DNA of 64,000 nt, from contig MU053216.1 in the NCBI GenBank assembly GCA_013239625.1, positions 2,570,943-2,634,942 on the forward strand. The letters are read 5' to 3'. Origin of the DNA: Lama guanicoe (lineage: Eukaryota). A program made the translations under genes and the position numbers. Positions 50,985 through 63,201 of this stretch are shown here, piece after piece. Within the stretch, counting starts at the first letter, position 1, and each line of letters begins with the position of its first letter. The notes under the pieces are model-generated. The model was not told the origin of the DNA and ran no database searches. It was given only the letters and a program-made list of their open reading frames with translations.

Positions 50985-51110
50985 TGCCAGCTCTGTTTTA
51001 CAGATGAGGAAACTCAAACTTGAAGATCTTGCATGATTTGCAAATGCAGTACATTAAATGGAAGACTTACCTGGGAACCTAAGCTGGTCTAACTGGTTTC
51101 AAAGCCCACG
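50985..51110 (-). mobile_element. MIR fragment
   Basis: TGTTTTACAGATGAGGAAACT...TTCAAAGCCCA. Confidence 0.75.
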
Positions 51111-52019
51111 TAGGTCCCTTCCGTCCTCATGCGAACTTAATGACTGTTGTGTTGCATTTAAGCCTCTGGGATGCGCCTCACCCACAGGGATTTTCCAAAC
51201 CACACATTTCGTCTTGTTTGGCATCTTCTTCCTCAGTCATTATTCATTTGACAGGTAACGAGGGACCACCTGCTATCTCCCAGGCACGGGGCTGGATCTG
51301 TTCTCCTGGCCTGGAAAGTGTCTTCTCCATTCAATTCTCATGTGAGAAAACACTGAGCTTAACTTCTGAAGGCCACAGATTCCTGTTCTTTCAATATTTT
51401 CTGAGACATAGCAATAAAAGATAATGGATGTGGCCTGAGAACAGTCTGAATATTTATGGCAAAGTCTGAAAAGGGTACATTCTACAGTCCTAGGCTGTCC
51501 GACTGAGATGCCATAAATCACAATTATATCAAATAGTTGAGCCAGAAGAAGGGACATATTTGTGTCTTTAAGAAGGTAGCTTGTTTCTCTTCATAGAATG
51601 ATCCTGACAATTTTATTATGAGTTTTCCTACATAAATGAATCTTCTTTTCCTTTTTCTGCTAATAAAGTGCTTTTCAAAATAAATTAGTTCAATTTGTGT
51701 GTAATAAATTAGGGCATTAAGCTCAGTCCTGGGAACTGTTCACCGCGGCTGCAAGTCACTTAATTTTGCCTAGGAGTTATCTCATAAATTGTGAAATCGG
51801 GCACTGCCTGCTAAGTTCAGCCAGATTTCTCCCTGGCAGCCCGTCATAAATGGATGTGTTGAACTAAATTTAATGATGGAAAATGGGTAATTCCAAAGAT
51901 CTCCTCCGTCAACAGGTTCACAGTGTTTAATTCCTCTTAATGCCCTGCTCACCCCCAGGGCTTGAACAGGAGCCTATTTCAGTGAAGGAAACAGAGCTAC
52001 CTCGGGTTCTTCTGGTGGA

Positions 52020-52600
52020 GACAGGGATTTAGAAAGAAGTCTCTTTCAAAGCTGTTGCAGGTGTTAACAGGAGCGATGGGTTCCGCGGCGGACTTCCCAG
52101 GATGACTGGCACTGATTTACCAGGTGAGCCGCTTCTCAGTCAGGAAGGTGGGCAGTCAGGAGGCTATGGCCATAGCCACCGAGTCTGACGACACAGGACA
52201 CGAGGACTTGGCTGGGATGCGGGGTTGGGAGGCCAGAATGAGGCCCACTCCCCCACACCTGTGTAGACCTCGTGTTGTCTGGTCCTTGCTGCTAAACTCC
52301 CATTAACATGCAAGGAGGCAGGGACGAAGCAGATGTGCCCGAAGTCCTGACCCCTGTTGGGGTGCCTCAAGTTGCACACAGCTGAGCTGAGCAGCACCTC
52401 CATGCCTTGCCAACAGGAAACAGCCAAAATCGTCAGTAAGTTGACATCAGCCTCTGGGTGCATCTAATCAGAGGAATCTAATTTGCGTGGCTAATCTTGG
52501 CGGTAAGGGAGACTGGGAAGTGTACCTTAACTTTCCATACTCTGCAGATGAGGCAGATGCACAGAAGGAGGGTAGGGTAACTAGTTAACCACATCTATCA
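52020..52600 (-). mobile_element. MaLR LTR fragment (MLT1J/K-like)
   Basis: TAAGGGAGACTGGGAAGTGTA...ACTTTCCATACTCTGCAG, a typical late-MLT1 motif. Confidence 0.55.
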
Positions 52601-53459
52601 GAAATCTCAGTAGGTAGTGAATGGTATTATTATTATTTTTCAGTAACAGTAACTATAATAGAGTGTCCTCACTGAGAACAGGAGAAACTGTTGCTGTAAT
52701 GCTATGACGGAGCTTCTGTATGCCTGGTTGAATGGTTTTATTAATTATATTTTCAAATTCTAAATACCTAAATGCTCAAAACCTGGACAAGCAAGCAAAA
52801 AAAATATATTCTGTCAATAAGATATGACCTGAAGATACCACAAAAATAAAAGCAAAACAAATGAGAAAAAACTGGCAGAGCTCATTCTTTCCCTGTAAGA
52901 GTCACTCGTCGGTCACGTGAAGGCGTAAAACTAATGATGGTTCAATCAGTTCTAAAAAGAGGCTGGTTGGACATGTGAAGCTCTCCAGAGCATCGCCTGG
53001 AGTGTGGACTCACTGACCTTATGACGTGCTGACACTGGGTCTAAGCATTTGGAGTCTGCCCTTGTGTTACCCACCTTTGAGCCTTGCAGGGTTGTATTAC
53101 ATTTTTCAAACCTTCTTAATTGAAAACCTGTTATACTGTATAATTTTTTCTTATCATGAAATCAATATGTGTCTACCAGAAATATATAAAATACTGACAG
53201 CAAGTAGAATAAACTAAAAGTCACCTGTGATCTCACCGTCTAGAGATAACTTCCATCAAATGTTAGTGTCCTGCACATGCACTTCAATACATTTTACAAA
53301 AATGAGATGACATCAGACTGATAGATGTCTGTGCTACTGAGCAGATTTGTCAAAAAGCCAGAAGAACAAAATGCTAATAAAAATGATTAGAAAGATTCAT
53401 TTTCCCCATTTTGAGTAGCCAATATTTACAAAGATAGAGGACCTTATTAAATCTTCTTA

Positions 53460-53545
53460 GAAGCAGGCATTGTGCTAAATGTTCCACAAACATGTTTCCA
53501 CTTAATCCTTATGACGAACCCATGAAATAGTTGTTCTTGATGATT
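53460..53545 (-). mobile_element. MIR fragment, left part (interrupted by L1)
   Basis: CAGGCATTGTGCTAAATG...CACTTAATCCTTATGACGAACCCATGAAATAG. Confidence 0.7.
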
Positions 53546-54613
53546 ATTTTTTTAATTGTAGTTAATTTGCAATGTTGTGTTAGTTTCAGGTATACAGCAA
53601 AGTGATTCAGTTACACGCAGATGTACATACGTATATTCTTTCTCATGCTCTTTGTCAGTATAGGTTATTACAAGATATCGAATATAGTTCCTTGTGCTAT
53701 ATAATGGATCCTTGTTGTTTATCTATTTTATATGTAGTAATGTGTATCTGTTAATCCCAAACTCCTAATTTATCCCTCCCCCCATCCTTTCCCCTTTGGT
53801 AACCATTAGTTTGTTTTCTATGTCTGTGAGTCAGTTTCTGTTTGGTAAATAAGTTCATTTGTATCACTTTTTATTAGATTTCACATATAAGTGATATCAT
53901 ATGATATTTGTATTTCTGTGTCTGGCTTACTTCACTTAATATGACAATCTCCATGTCCATCCATGGTGCTGCAAATGGCATTATTTCATTATCTTTTATG
54001 GCCGATTAATTCCATTCTGTATATGCACACCACATCTTTATCCAGTCATCTGTCAGTGGACACTTAGATTGCTTCCATGTCTTGGCTGTTGTGAACAGTG
54101 CTACTGTGAACATTGCGGTGCGTGTATCTTTTTGAATTAGAGTTTTCTCTGGGTATATGCCCAGGAGTGGCATTGCTGGATCATATGTTAAGTCTACTGT
54201 TAGGTTTTTAAGGAACCTTCATACTGTTGTTCATAGTGGCTGCACCAAACTGCATTCCCAACAGCAGTGCAGGAGGGCTCCCTTTTCTCCACAGCCTCTC
54301 CAGCATTTGTCATTTGTAGACTTTTGAATGATGGCCATTCTGGCTGGTGTGAGGTGACACCTCACTGTAGTTTTGATTTGCATTTCTCTAACAATTAGCG
54401 ATGCTGAGGGTCTCTTTATGTGCCTGTTGGCCCTTTCAATGTCTTCTTTGGAGAAATGTCTGCTTAGGTCTTCTGCCCATTTCTCCTTTGAGTTGTTTGT
54501 TTGTTTGTTTGTTTGATATTAAGCTGTATGAACTGTTTGTATATTTTAGAAATTAATCCTTTGTTGGTCTTATCATTTGCAAATAATTTCTCTCGTTCTC
54601 TAGGTTGTCTTTC
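53546..54613 (-). mobile_element. LINE-1, 5'-truncated (about 1.07 kb; ORF2 C-terminus and 3'UTR)
   Basis: Continuous reverse-strand L1 sequence; degenerate 15-bp TSD TTGTTCTTGATGATT (53531-53545) / TTGTTCTCGATTATT (54614-54628). Confidence 0.95.
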
Positions 54614-54628
54614 TTGTTCTCGATTATT

Positions 54629-54695
54629 CTTTTTTCACAAGTGAAGAAACTGAGACTTGGAGTACTGAAGGAACTTTGTGAGATCACAGGACAGG
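54629..54695 (-). mobile_element. MIR fragment, right part
   Basis: TTTTCACAAGTGAAGAAACTGAGACTTGGAG...AGATCACA continues the MIR begun at 53460. Confidence 0.7.
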
Positions 54696-54871
54696 CAAAA
54701 ATGCCAACCTTCTTCTGTAAATGTGGCTTTTCACTACTTTGACCAGACGCACCTGGAAGGAATGTGACCCCACACGCAGCGCTTTAGGTGACAGGCATTT
54801 TGCTCACAGGAGTCTCAGGCTGCAGGTCCCTCGAGAATTTCTTTAGAAGCCAAAGCAAGTCTTTCGTCTTT

Positions 54872-54982
54872 CCATATCTCAGTTCCCTCACTGTCACACA
54901 GCATGATATGTTTTACACGTTTTACACTTAGAATGTTATTGTGAAGATGAAATAAGATAATATATAGGAGGGCACCTAACAA
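54872..54982 (+). mobile_element. MIR fragment
   Basis: TCTCAGTTCCCTCACTGT...GTTATTGTGAAGATGAAATAAGATAAT. Confidence 0.65.
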
Positions 54983-55049
54983 TGGATGCAAAAGTCACAA
55001 AATAGAAGGGTTTTATGTTAAGGAAAGGAACAGAAAGAAAAATAACCTT

Positions 55050-55205
55050 CACTATGTGCCTGTGATACAAAAAGTTGTCTTGGGAAACGTATGCTAATTT
55101 TTCCATCTTCAAAGCAAATCTGTGGGGTAGGTTTGCGTTGCTGCATTTTCACAGGTGGGGAATCTGAGGCTTAGGAAAGGAAACTTTACTCAAAATGCTA
55201 GAGAA
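55050..55205 (-). mobile_element. MIR fragment
   Basis: CTGTGGGGTAGG...CATTTTCACAGGTGGGGAATCTGAGGCTTAG. Confidence 0.65.
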
Positions 55206-56479
55206 ACAATTCCAACAACAACAAAGTGAATCGGGACTCCTCACCCTCTCAGCTGGCGCCACGCTCAAGGGTCACCTGCTGCCCATTTGTTGCTGGAACC
55301 TGAAAAGAGTTTATTTCTGTAGAAAAATTGTTGAAACTCTACTTTTCTATGGAGACAGTATGATGACAGATCTTAAGAATAAAAAAGACATCTCTACCAT
55401 ATAGTTAACATGCGCTCTTGTGGGCAGGCTCCTGTACTCACGCCTGCCCGCCATCCCCACTCGCCCCGCTGACATACAGAAGGTATGTGTTTTTTCTGTA
55501 TACGTATTTTTAAAATCAAGCTCTCTCTTAAGTTTTACATTAGAAAATGTTTAAGTTTTCCATCTTAAGAAGTTATAAGTATAGACTTACTCTATTTCAG
55601 GAAAAGGAAACCCACTCCACACAACATGGTTTCGCCGACTTGTGAATCTCACAAGTGCTGGGATGTGTCGCCTGTAACCATATTGGGAAACCTTCCTAGA
55701 AGGGATCATTACATCACTGTAATTTTGAAACACTATTTTTATCTAAACCAACACAAGTATTGTGGACAGGAAGGTAAAATTAATATCTGTTTGAGAGCTC
55801 AAGACTTCAAAGAACTTCTGGGCCTCCGATGGTCTGGTTTAAGGTGTGCCCTGGAGAGGGGGCCGCTCATCCCCACCTTTGTGGCTGAGGGACCGCCTCG
55901 CCCAGATTTCAGGAGCTCACTCTGCGTCACAGATCGGCTTTACGAGGGTCACGAGTTCTTGTTCACACTGGACACACTGGACAGGGGCAGGGGGCCACTG
56001 TGCGTTGCTTCTGGCTGTGAGTCGGGTCCAGGTCTGTGTCCTCGCTTCAGATTCTGGGAATTTGGCTGCAGGAATGGCCTTGCTCGGGACACGGCAGAGG
56101 ACGCATGAGTAAGAGCGTGGGCAGAGGCGTGCTGCCGCGACGAGCTTCTGCGGCCAAGGGTCTGCGTGTCGGGGTGCGTCACCTCCCCCCCGACCCCGGT
56201 CCTCAGCCAAAGCGAGTCAGCAGCGGTATGCTGGGGGAGGGGTTCATGCTCCTCTTGCAAGGAGAGGAGGGGGCGGGAGAAATTGGGAAAGCAATACAAC
56301 CTACCCCGAGCACGTTGGAGGGAATCCTCAGGTGCAGTGACATGCATCATGTAACAATTGTAGGAAATCGGTGAGACTCAAGAACGCTGGTCCCCCTTTA
56401 ACACATCAGGGAACCGAGTCTCCAGGATGTCAAGAGGCTTGCTAAATGCAGGGTCTCCGGCTGCACACTTCCCTTCTCC

Positions 56480-56735
56480 GTAAGCCTGTGTCCTTCCTAG
56501 TCCACAGGAGGGGATGCAGGATACTTGTTTCTGTGTTCCTTGGAGTACTTAGCACCGTTGCTGGCTCGTGGTGTTGACTGATTAGATTTTATAAAGTGCA
56601 GCTCGTCCGTTCACTGATTCATCAAGTGTTTGTTGACAGTTTACCTTGAGTCAGTCGCTCTGCTAGACGCTGTGGGTAAGTCCGAGAACACGGCAGAGAC
56701 GTGCTTTGCCTACGTTGGGTTCACTGGAAGCGGGG
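56480..56735. mobile_element. Two L2 3' ends tail-to-tail (+ then -)
   Basis: AGTACTTAGCACCGTTGCTGGCTCGTGGT (+ terminus) followed by TTCACTGATTCATCAAGTGTTTGTTGA...CTCTGCTAGACGCTG (- terminus). Confidence 0.5.
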
Positions 56736-58219
56736 AGGATTCCATCTTTAAAATAGGTGATGTTGTCATCTTCCTCATAATTTACAATTAGCTGATGAAT
56801 TTATGTTCCCGTGAGTCTATCTGCCAGTGGGAAGGACTGGAGTGTCACCTCCCGTCCTGTCACAGGGAGCGATGAGCTCGGGTGAGAACACGCCATGGAA
56901 TACAGGAATCCTCCGAGAAGAGGATCGGGTTGCGGGATCCTGGGGGGTTCGCCCTGCAGAGTCGTTATCTGACTTGTAGTTTTTCCTCCTGTAGTTCCAG
57001 CCCATTCGGTGTGAACCTTTGACGCTTCAGTTTTTCTGGGAAAAGGTGATTAGTACTTACTTTCAGATCCTTATACTTAAAAGGGAAGGTTAGTGATCAA
57101 TAAAGGAATCGAATGTTGATTCAAGGTGCCTAGAAAAAACCCTGCGCATCCAGAGGCAGGCAGCCAGAATCAATGGCTGAAAGCGAAATAGAAACTCAGG
57201 GTGAATCCTGGCCTTGCTACGAAGGTGCCTCGGGGGTCATGGCCCTGCTGTGGAATCTGTAAATTAGGAGGAAAAAAGTGGGTTGGGCGCTTGCTGGAAA
57301 TTCTCAGGTGTTACAGCTGAGGATTGGAGGCAGAGCAAAAGTTCTCTGTGGCTTCTCTCCTCTTCTGCCTCTTTTTCTCTGTTCTTTGTACTACAGATGT
57401 TCTCTTTGCTCTCTCTGTACATCTTTCTTTTCATTGCACATTTGACTCCACATGTGTGTATCACCTTCCACAGCCTTCTTGTCTATCACATAAAGCTGGC
57501 AAGCAGTTGTTTCCTGTCTCAATAGTGGAACAAAAATGTATCGAGAACCAGTGGAAGCTGGGCACTCTGGCCACCTGGAATAGACACTGACTGCTCTGGT
57601 CTGAGGTCCTGAATTGTCTCCGTGCCACGTCCTGACTTCCCTAGGGTTAAATGGTAGAGATGTTCCAGAAATAAGTCGTTCACAACTACACGTGGTTCTG
57701 ATGGCCATGAGCTAAACGAGTCACAGTCAGATTTTGGCAGGAATATTTCTGATAAGTATTCGAACAAAGATAAAAACGACTAATGAAGAATCACATTTCA
57801 AACTTTGAGAAGTGAAGTCACAGTATTAAACTAGAAGTCAGAGCTTCAGGCAACCGGGATGTGGTCAGGAGGACTTCAGGAAGACCAGGGGACAGTAAGA
57901 CAGCCTGAAACTCATCGCCCCAGTGACTCGTGGACCTGCATGTGTTTGCATATATTCGCAGCCACTCCCGTCATTTCCTCGTGTCTTAGAGGAAACATTC
58001 CCTCGCCTGCATCTAAGGTTCAGACCCCAGCATCCAGGCCACGCCAGCCCCTCCGCAGAGGTGACGCATCACTGGTATCTCCCCTTTGCTCAGGCCATCG
58101 CTTTATCTGTAAGAACATAAACACAACCGATCACCATCATCTTTAAAAAAAACAAAACAGCCCAGGAAAAGGCGGCTCCCCATCCTGTCTGCATCTCTGT
58201 TTTCGGTAGCATCCCTTCA

Positions 58220-58400
58220 CAGCCGCCCTCGTCCACCGCCTGCAGCCCGGCTCTCCGCTCCGCTCCCCTGGACAGATCTTCCCCGCGTCCACGGAGCCTC
58301 CCCCAGGGCCTCCGCGCTCTCCCACAGAAGCCGGCCGCGGCACGACGAGCGGCGGACGCTCTAGAATCACGAGAGAACCTGAGGCCGAAAGCTCTTCTGC
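58220..58400. other. Short CpG/GC spike
   Basis: CG-dense patch, e.g. GCCGGCCGCGGCACGACGAGCGGCGGACG. Confidence 0.45.
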
Positions 58401-58511
58401 TCTGCGTTTCACCTTAGATGGGACACCTGCGTTATTCACACGTACATCCGTGTCTGCTTAAATATCAGGACTCAGGATGTTTGGCTGTAGGGTGAGGAAT
58501 GACGTTAAACT

Positions 58512-58640
58512 GCATTCATTGTATCTAAAAATACATACTTGGGGGCCTGCTCTGAGCAACGCCTCGGAGACTGAATAAAGAGCAGACACCGACCTGGTCT
58601 TGCCTTCGTGAAGCTCACCGTCAGTAGTGGGGGTGGAAAT
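58512..58640 (-). mobile_element. L2 3' end fragment
   Basis: CATTCATT...GGCCTGCTCTGAGC...GGTCTTGCCTTCGTGAAGCTCACCGTCAGTAGTGGG. Confidence 0.6.
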
Positions 58641-58957
58641 TCATCATGGAGCCGTGAAATGACAACACCTGTAAGCATGTGAAGTGCGGCGCCAGCACGT
58701 GGATCCAGGTTTTAAGTGTCCTTGGTGGCAGGTCTTGTGCACTAAGGAGTATTGATGTGATGTTTTTTAGAATAGAATTTGATATATTATCTAAGCTTTT
58801 AAACTTCAACTTTCAAACTTTATCATATTTGTAAATCTAGCTAATTGTAAGCATGGTATTAAGCAGAGCCTAGATTAATGTCTGGCTTCACTTACAAATT
58901 CAATTAAACTCACCTGAACAGTGTAAGCCCCCTGTATGGTTCTCATATTCTACTTCC

Positions 58958-59110
58958 TTTTTTTATTGACTTCGAGTTGATTTACTAAGTGACGTAAGTC
59001 AGACAGAGAAAGACAAATATAAGATATCAATACATGTAGGATCTAAAAAAACAACACAAATGAACTTACTTACGAAACAGAAACAGACTCACAGACGCAG
59101 AGAACAGACT
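58958..59110. mobile_element. Short L1 with inverted structure
   Basis: Minus-strand terminus TTTTTTTATTGACTTCGAGTTGATTTAC joined to plus-strand TAAGTGACGTAAGTCAGACAGAGAAAGACAAATA...CAGAAACAGACTCACAGAC. Confidence 0.8.
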
Positions 59111-59789
59111 GAAGTGATCTCCCTCTTTCAAAGCGTCTCAGTTGCAAAACCACCAAAATCAGACAAGATCTACATGCACTGAGTGTCTTTTAAATATAAC
59201 AGAAAGAGTCTATAAATGCAGTGAACCTATGTTTTCTTAAATGTTTTGATATTAAATGTACACTTAACACAATTTAATCTTCGACTCCAGAGTCTAAGTC
59301 AACATTTAATGATACTTGTTAAAATGATGCCACAAGTGTGACCTGTTACACTGATAGGCTGAATGTTCTAAGATATTATAAATACATAAAAGTATGTCCA
59401 GATTTTTTCTTTTGATATTTTGTTGGCCAAAAAATTAATGCATTCAATTGTAACTATATTTAGCTGATTCTATGGCAATTACAGGAGGGAAAAAATCAGC
59501 CCTACAGAAAGCAGGTAGGTCACTGATTTAATTTTAATGCCTCACCCATCTCTCAATATTCTCTTTACCTGCCATGTAACAGACACGCCAGAAACCTCAT
59601 CGCCTACCTATTGTTCCCTCTTTGTCTATATTTGTATATTTTAATTAATTTCCCCCTTCTTATTTTTAATAATATTTCCTTATGAATGTATACTTTTCCT
59701 TGTATCCTTCATCATTTTCCTGATCAGAATTTTGCAATTGTCCTGATGCTTTGCTTTTATAATTCTGCATTTTGCAGAAGATTGAGACA

Positions 59790-60716
59790 CTATCTCAACA
59801 GAACAAGAAAAAGCAGACTGTTGAGGCAGACGGTGATTAGAGGGCACGATGCCACACGGAAGAAAGTCGTTCAGAGAAAGTGGTCCAGAAATCTGCCCAG
59901 GAGTCCTTGATGTTTCCATCCAGATGTTAGCTGTGCACGTGGAGGGGAGATGAGGTGAGGTTTGGAGGAGGACAGCCAGAAAGGGAGCTGGGAGCTGAAC
60001 AGAGAGTCTGGAGACCTCACCAGCTGAGACACGTGAGATTTCCAAAGACCCAGAGAGCAGAGGGCACGGGTTGTGGCTCAGACGTTTAACTGAGTTCCCG
60101 GAATAGTCACGTGTGACAGGTAGGACTGGGCCAGACCAGGAGCAGACGTCCGCCAGAAACGACTGAAAACTGAGCTGCCCAAGGACCAAGCTCATCTGCC
60201 AGCAAAGGAACCGCCTCCCAGAGCCAAAGCCAACAGTCTTGCCGTCTTGAAAGGGAGACAAGACTAGGGTCTCAAAGTACGAGCAGTGTAAATGACTGAG
60301 CGTGAGACAAGGTGTGAAATGTGAGTCTCTAGCTGGCGATGGCATTAAAACATTTATTGAAATATGTTTAGAACGTAAAAAAGATACATATGTGTATAAC
60401 ATACATCTCAAGCGAAAAGATGAGGGGTCTAAGTAGAGCCATAGACACTACGAAAATGAACCACAGGCAGGTTCTAGAACGGAAAACACAGTAACTGAAA
60501 TGAAAAGTCACGAGGTGTGCGTAACCGCAGATTGACGCTGCGGGAGAGAAGACCCCAGCAGCCGCAGCGCAGCACGGCAGCAATTACTCAGACTGGAACT
60601 CAGTGGGGAAAAAAAGGTAAGAAAAATAATGAGCAGAGCCTCACTAACCCGTAGGAGACTGACAAGCTGCTTCACAAACGTGGAATCGAATTCACAAAAG
60701 GAGAGGAAGGAAAGTG
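59790..60716 (+). mobile_element. Ancient L1 5' region/ORF1 fossil
   Basis: 60450-60716 AAAATGAACC...TTCTAGAACGGAAAACACAGTAACTGAAATGAAAAGTCAC...GCAGATTGAC...AATGAGCAGAGCCTCA...AAAGGAGAGGA follows the L1M ORF1 coiled-coil pattern; assignment of 59790-60340 to the same element is tentative. Confidence 0.65.
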
Positions 60717-62151
60717 CCCGGATGGCAGAACTGTCACACCTCTGGGACAGAAGCTGTAGTGAAGCCACGTCCTCCTCCTCCCCTGCTGTGTCCCTTCTTC
60801 CTGGAACGCGCCCCCTCCCATCCCCCAGGAGAAAGCGCCCCCCTGCTTATTTGGATGAAACGTGCCAGACGGTGTAGACGGTTTTTTGCCCTCTTTCCTT
60901 CTCTCTCCTGTTCCTTCTCCCCTACGTCCTTCCCGCGGGCTCACCTGGCTAAACCGTTCTGGCCTCTTGTTCCCATACACGGAAGGTCAGCATCTGGAAT
61001 CGCAGCCAGGATCCTTGGCGCTGTCTGACTAAATGGGACGTAGCCCATAATCTGTAGTTGTTTTGCCAAAACTCACCTATCGTCTGTGCTGGGTAGGTGG
61101 AGTGTTCGGTCACGATGCGGCAGGAAGCCCCTTTGTGCAGTTTTCAGGCCTCAGAGAGGCCCTCGTCCCTGAGATGGCCCCACTGCGTGGGGTAGCTTTG
61201 GCTGAGCATCTCGGTGAAGCGTGGGAGTTCCAAGAGCTTGCCCTCAGTCTTGCCAGCGTGGTGTCTGCTGGTCGGAGAATGACTTGAGGGTTCTGACAAG
61301 TGCGGAAAATCTCTATTTCAACTACACACTCAAGAATTGAGAATGGGGCTATGAAACGAGTTTGGGGACCTAATGAGCTTATAACAATGTGAGCTCAAAT
61401 CAAAAGTCCATCATTAAATGACCCTCAGAAAGACCACGCCCTGAATAAGGCATGTGAATCCTCATGATTTAAAACAACTTCAGACTCAAGGCTCAATTAT
61501 ACCTGAGAAGTGCAGGTGTTTTCCTGTCCCCAGTGCATAGCTGCCTGGTAATAGAAGCCGGGGTCTCTGGGGGAAACTCAGCAGAAATGTTAGAACGTGT
61601 GCTCTGAACACGTCTGCAGGGTCTTTCTCGTCCTGGGAGCTGGCTGCATTTGGGAAGGGAGTGAGGTGCCCCAGTCCCCTGTGACGACATCTCACCCTGG
61701 GCCTCTCCTACCCGGTGGATTTTCCCCCAGTAAGTACAGCAAAGAAGACCTTGCGGATGGCCCATCTCGTGCGACCCTAGGGGTGCTCTAATCCATTACT
61801 CTTCGGCGATCAGACCCATCTGCTGGGCCGGCTCCTTGCTGCTCGCCGTGGTTGCCTCCCCCACCCGGAGTCCACGCCGCACCACTGCTGCCGGCAGGAC
61901 CCACGCCTCGCAGTCGTGTTGAAATCAGCCACAGCATCTGCCATCAGTATCCTTGTCTATAGGAAATACCCACAGAATTGTTTTTCAAAGATGGCGAAGT
62001 ACCCACCACCATTAAAAATAAAAGTAGAGTCTGGATGAGAAGACGGGCGGGCAGGTCTGCTGAGACGGCAGAGTCTCCAAAGTCTGGCTTCTTCTCTACT
62101 TTATACTGTAAGTGTCCAGCATCTCCACGGCACTGGGCGTTCTCCACTCCT

Positions 62152-62613
62152 TTCTTTTTAATTTTATCTTTTATTGACATGCAGTTGATTTACAGTGTTA
62201 GTTTCAGGTGTACAGCAAGGCAATTCAGTTATACATACACATACACATATTTTTCTTTTCAGATTCTTTTCCATTATAGGTTATTGCACAGCATTGAATA
62301 CAGTGCCCTTGCTGTACAGTAGGTCCTATTGTTTATCTCTTTTATATATAATTGTGTGTATCTGCTAATCCCAAACTTCTAGTTTATCTTTCCCCCCTTT
62401 CCCCTTTGGTAACCATAGTTCGTTTTCCATGTCTGTGAGTCTGTTTTTGGTTTGTAGATAAAATTTGTATTTTTTTAGATTTCACATATTAGTGATATCG
62501 TATAATATTTGTCTTTGACTTACTTCACTTAATATAATAATCTCTAGGTCCATCCATGTCACTGCAAATAGCATTATTTCATTCTTTTTTATGGCTGAGT
62601 AGTATTCCACCAT

Positions 62614-62654
<41 letters not shown>

Positions 62655-62898
62655 ACATCTTCTTTTTACTTTCATCTGTTGATCAACATTTAGGTTGTTT
62701 CCATGTCTCGGCTATTGTAAATAGTGTTGCTGTGAACACTGGGGTGCCTGTGTCTTTTTGAATTCTAGCCTCCTCTGGATCTATGCCCAGATCCAGACTG
62801 CTGGATCTACAGTAACTCTGTTTTTAGATTTTAAAGGAGCCTCCATACTGTCCTCCGTAGTGGCTGCACCAGTTTACATTCCCACCAATAGTGTAGGA
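62152..62898 (-). mobile_element. LINE-1, 5'-truncated
   Basis: Reverse-strand L1 3'UTR and ORF2 end; probable TSD TCTCCACTCCT (62141-62151) / TCTCCTCTCCT (62899-62909). Confidence 0.93.
62615..62653. repeat. (CA)n microsatellite inside L1
   Basis: Directly visible. Confidence 0.97.
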
Positions 62899-63201
62899 TC
62901 TCCTCTCCTGAGTCAAACCAAACTAGGAGGTAATTTGAACTACTCACCACTGCTTGTATGAACTGTTGTGATGAGATTCCCTGGTAAGGGGACCAACACT
63001 GATCAGTTCAGCCTTATTTAAAATGATCTGTTTTCCTTTTTCTATCACCTCAGAATTCCTTGTCACGTGTGTGGCCCAGAGATTCTTCTGTATTAATCAG
63101 CGAATTCTTGCATTTCCTTTCAATCATAAGCTGGGACCTGACACCGCATACCAGGTCCAGCATCCACTCAATGTCTCTCCTGTGTCTTACAGTCATGATG
63201 T

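Noticed and set aside
59680..60411. 243-aa minus-strand ORF, longest in the window
   Set aside because: Non-ATG start, Ser/Leu-rich, antisense to a probable L1 5'/ORF1 fossil; no family resemblance
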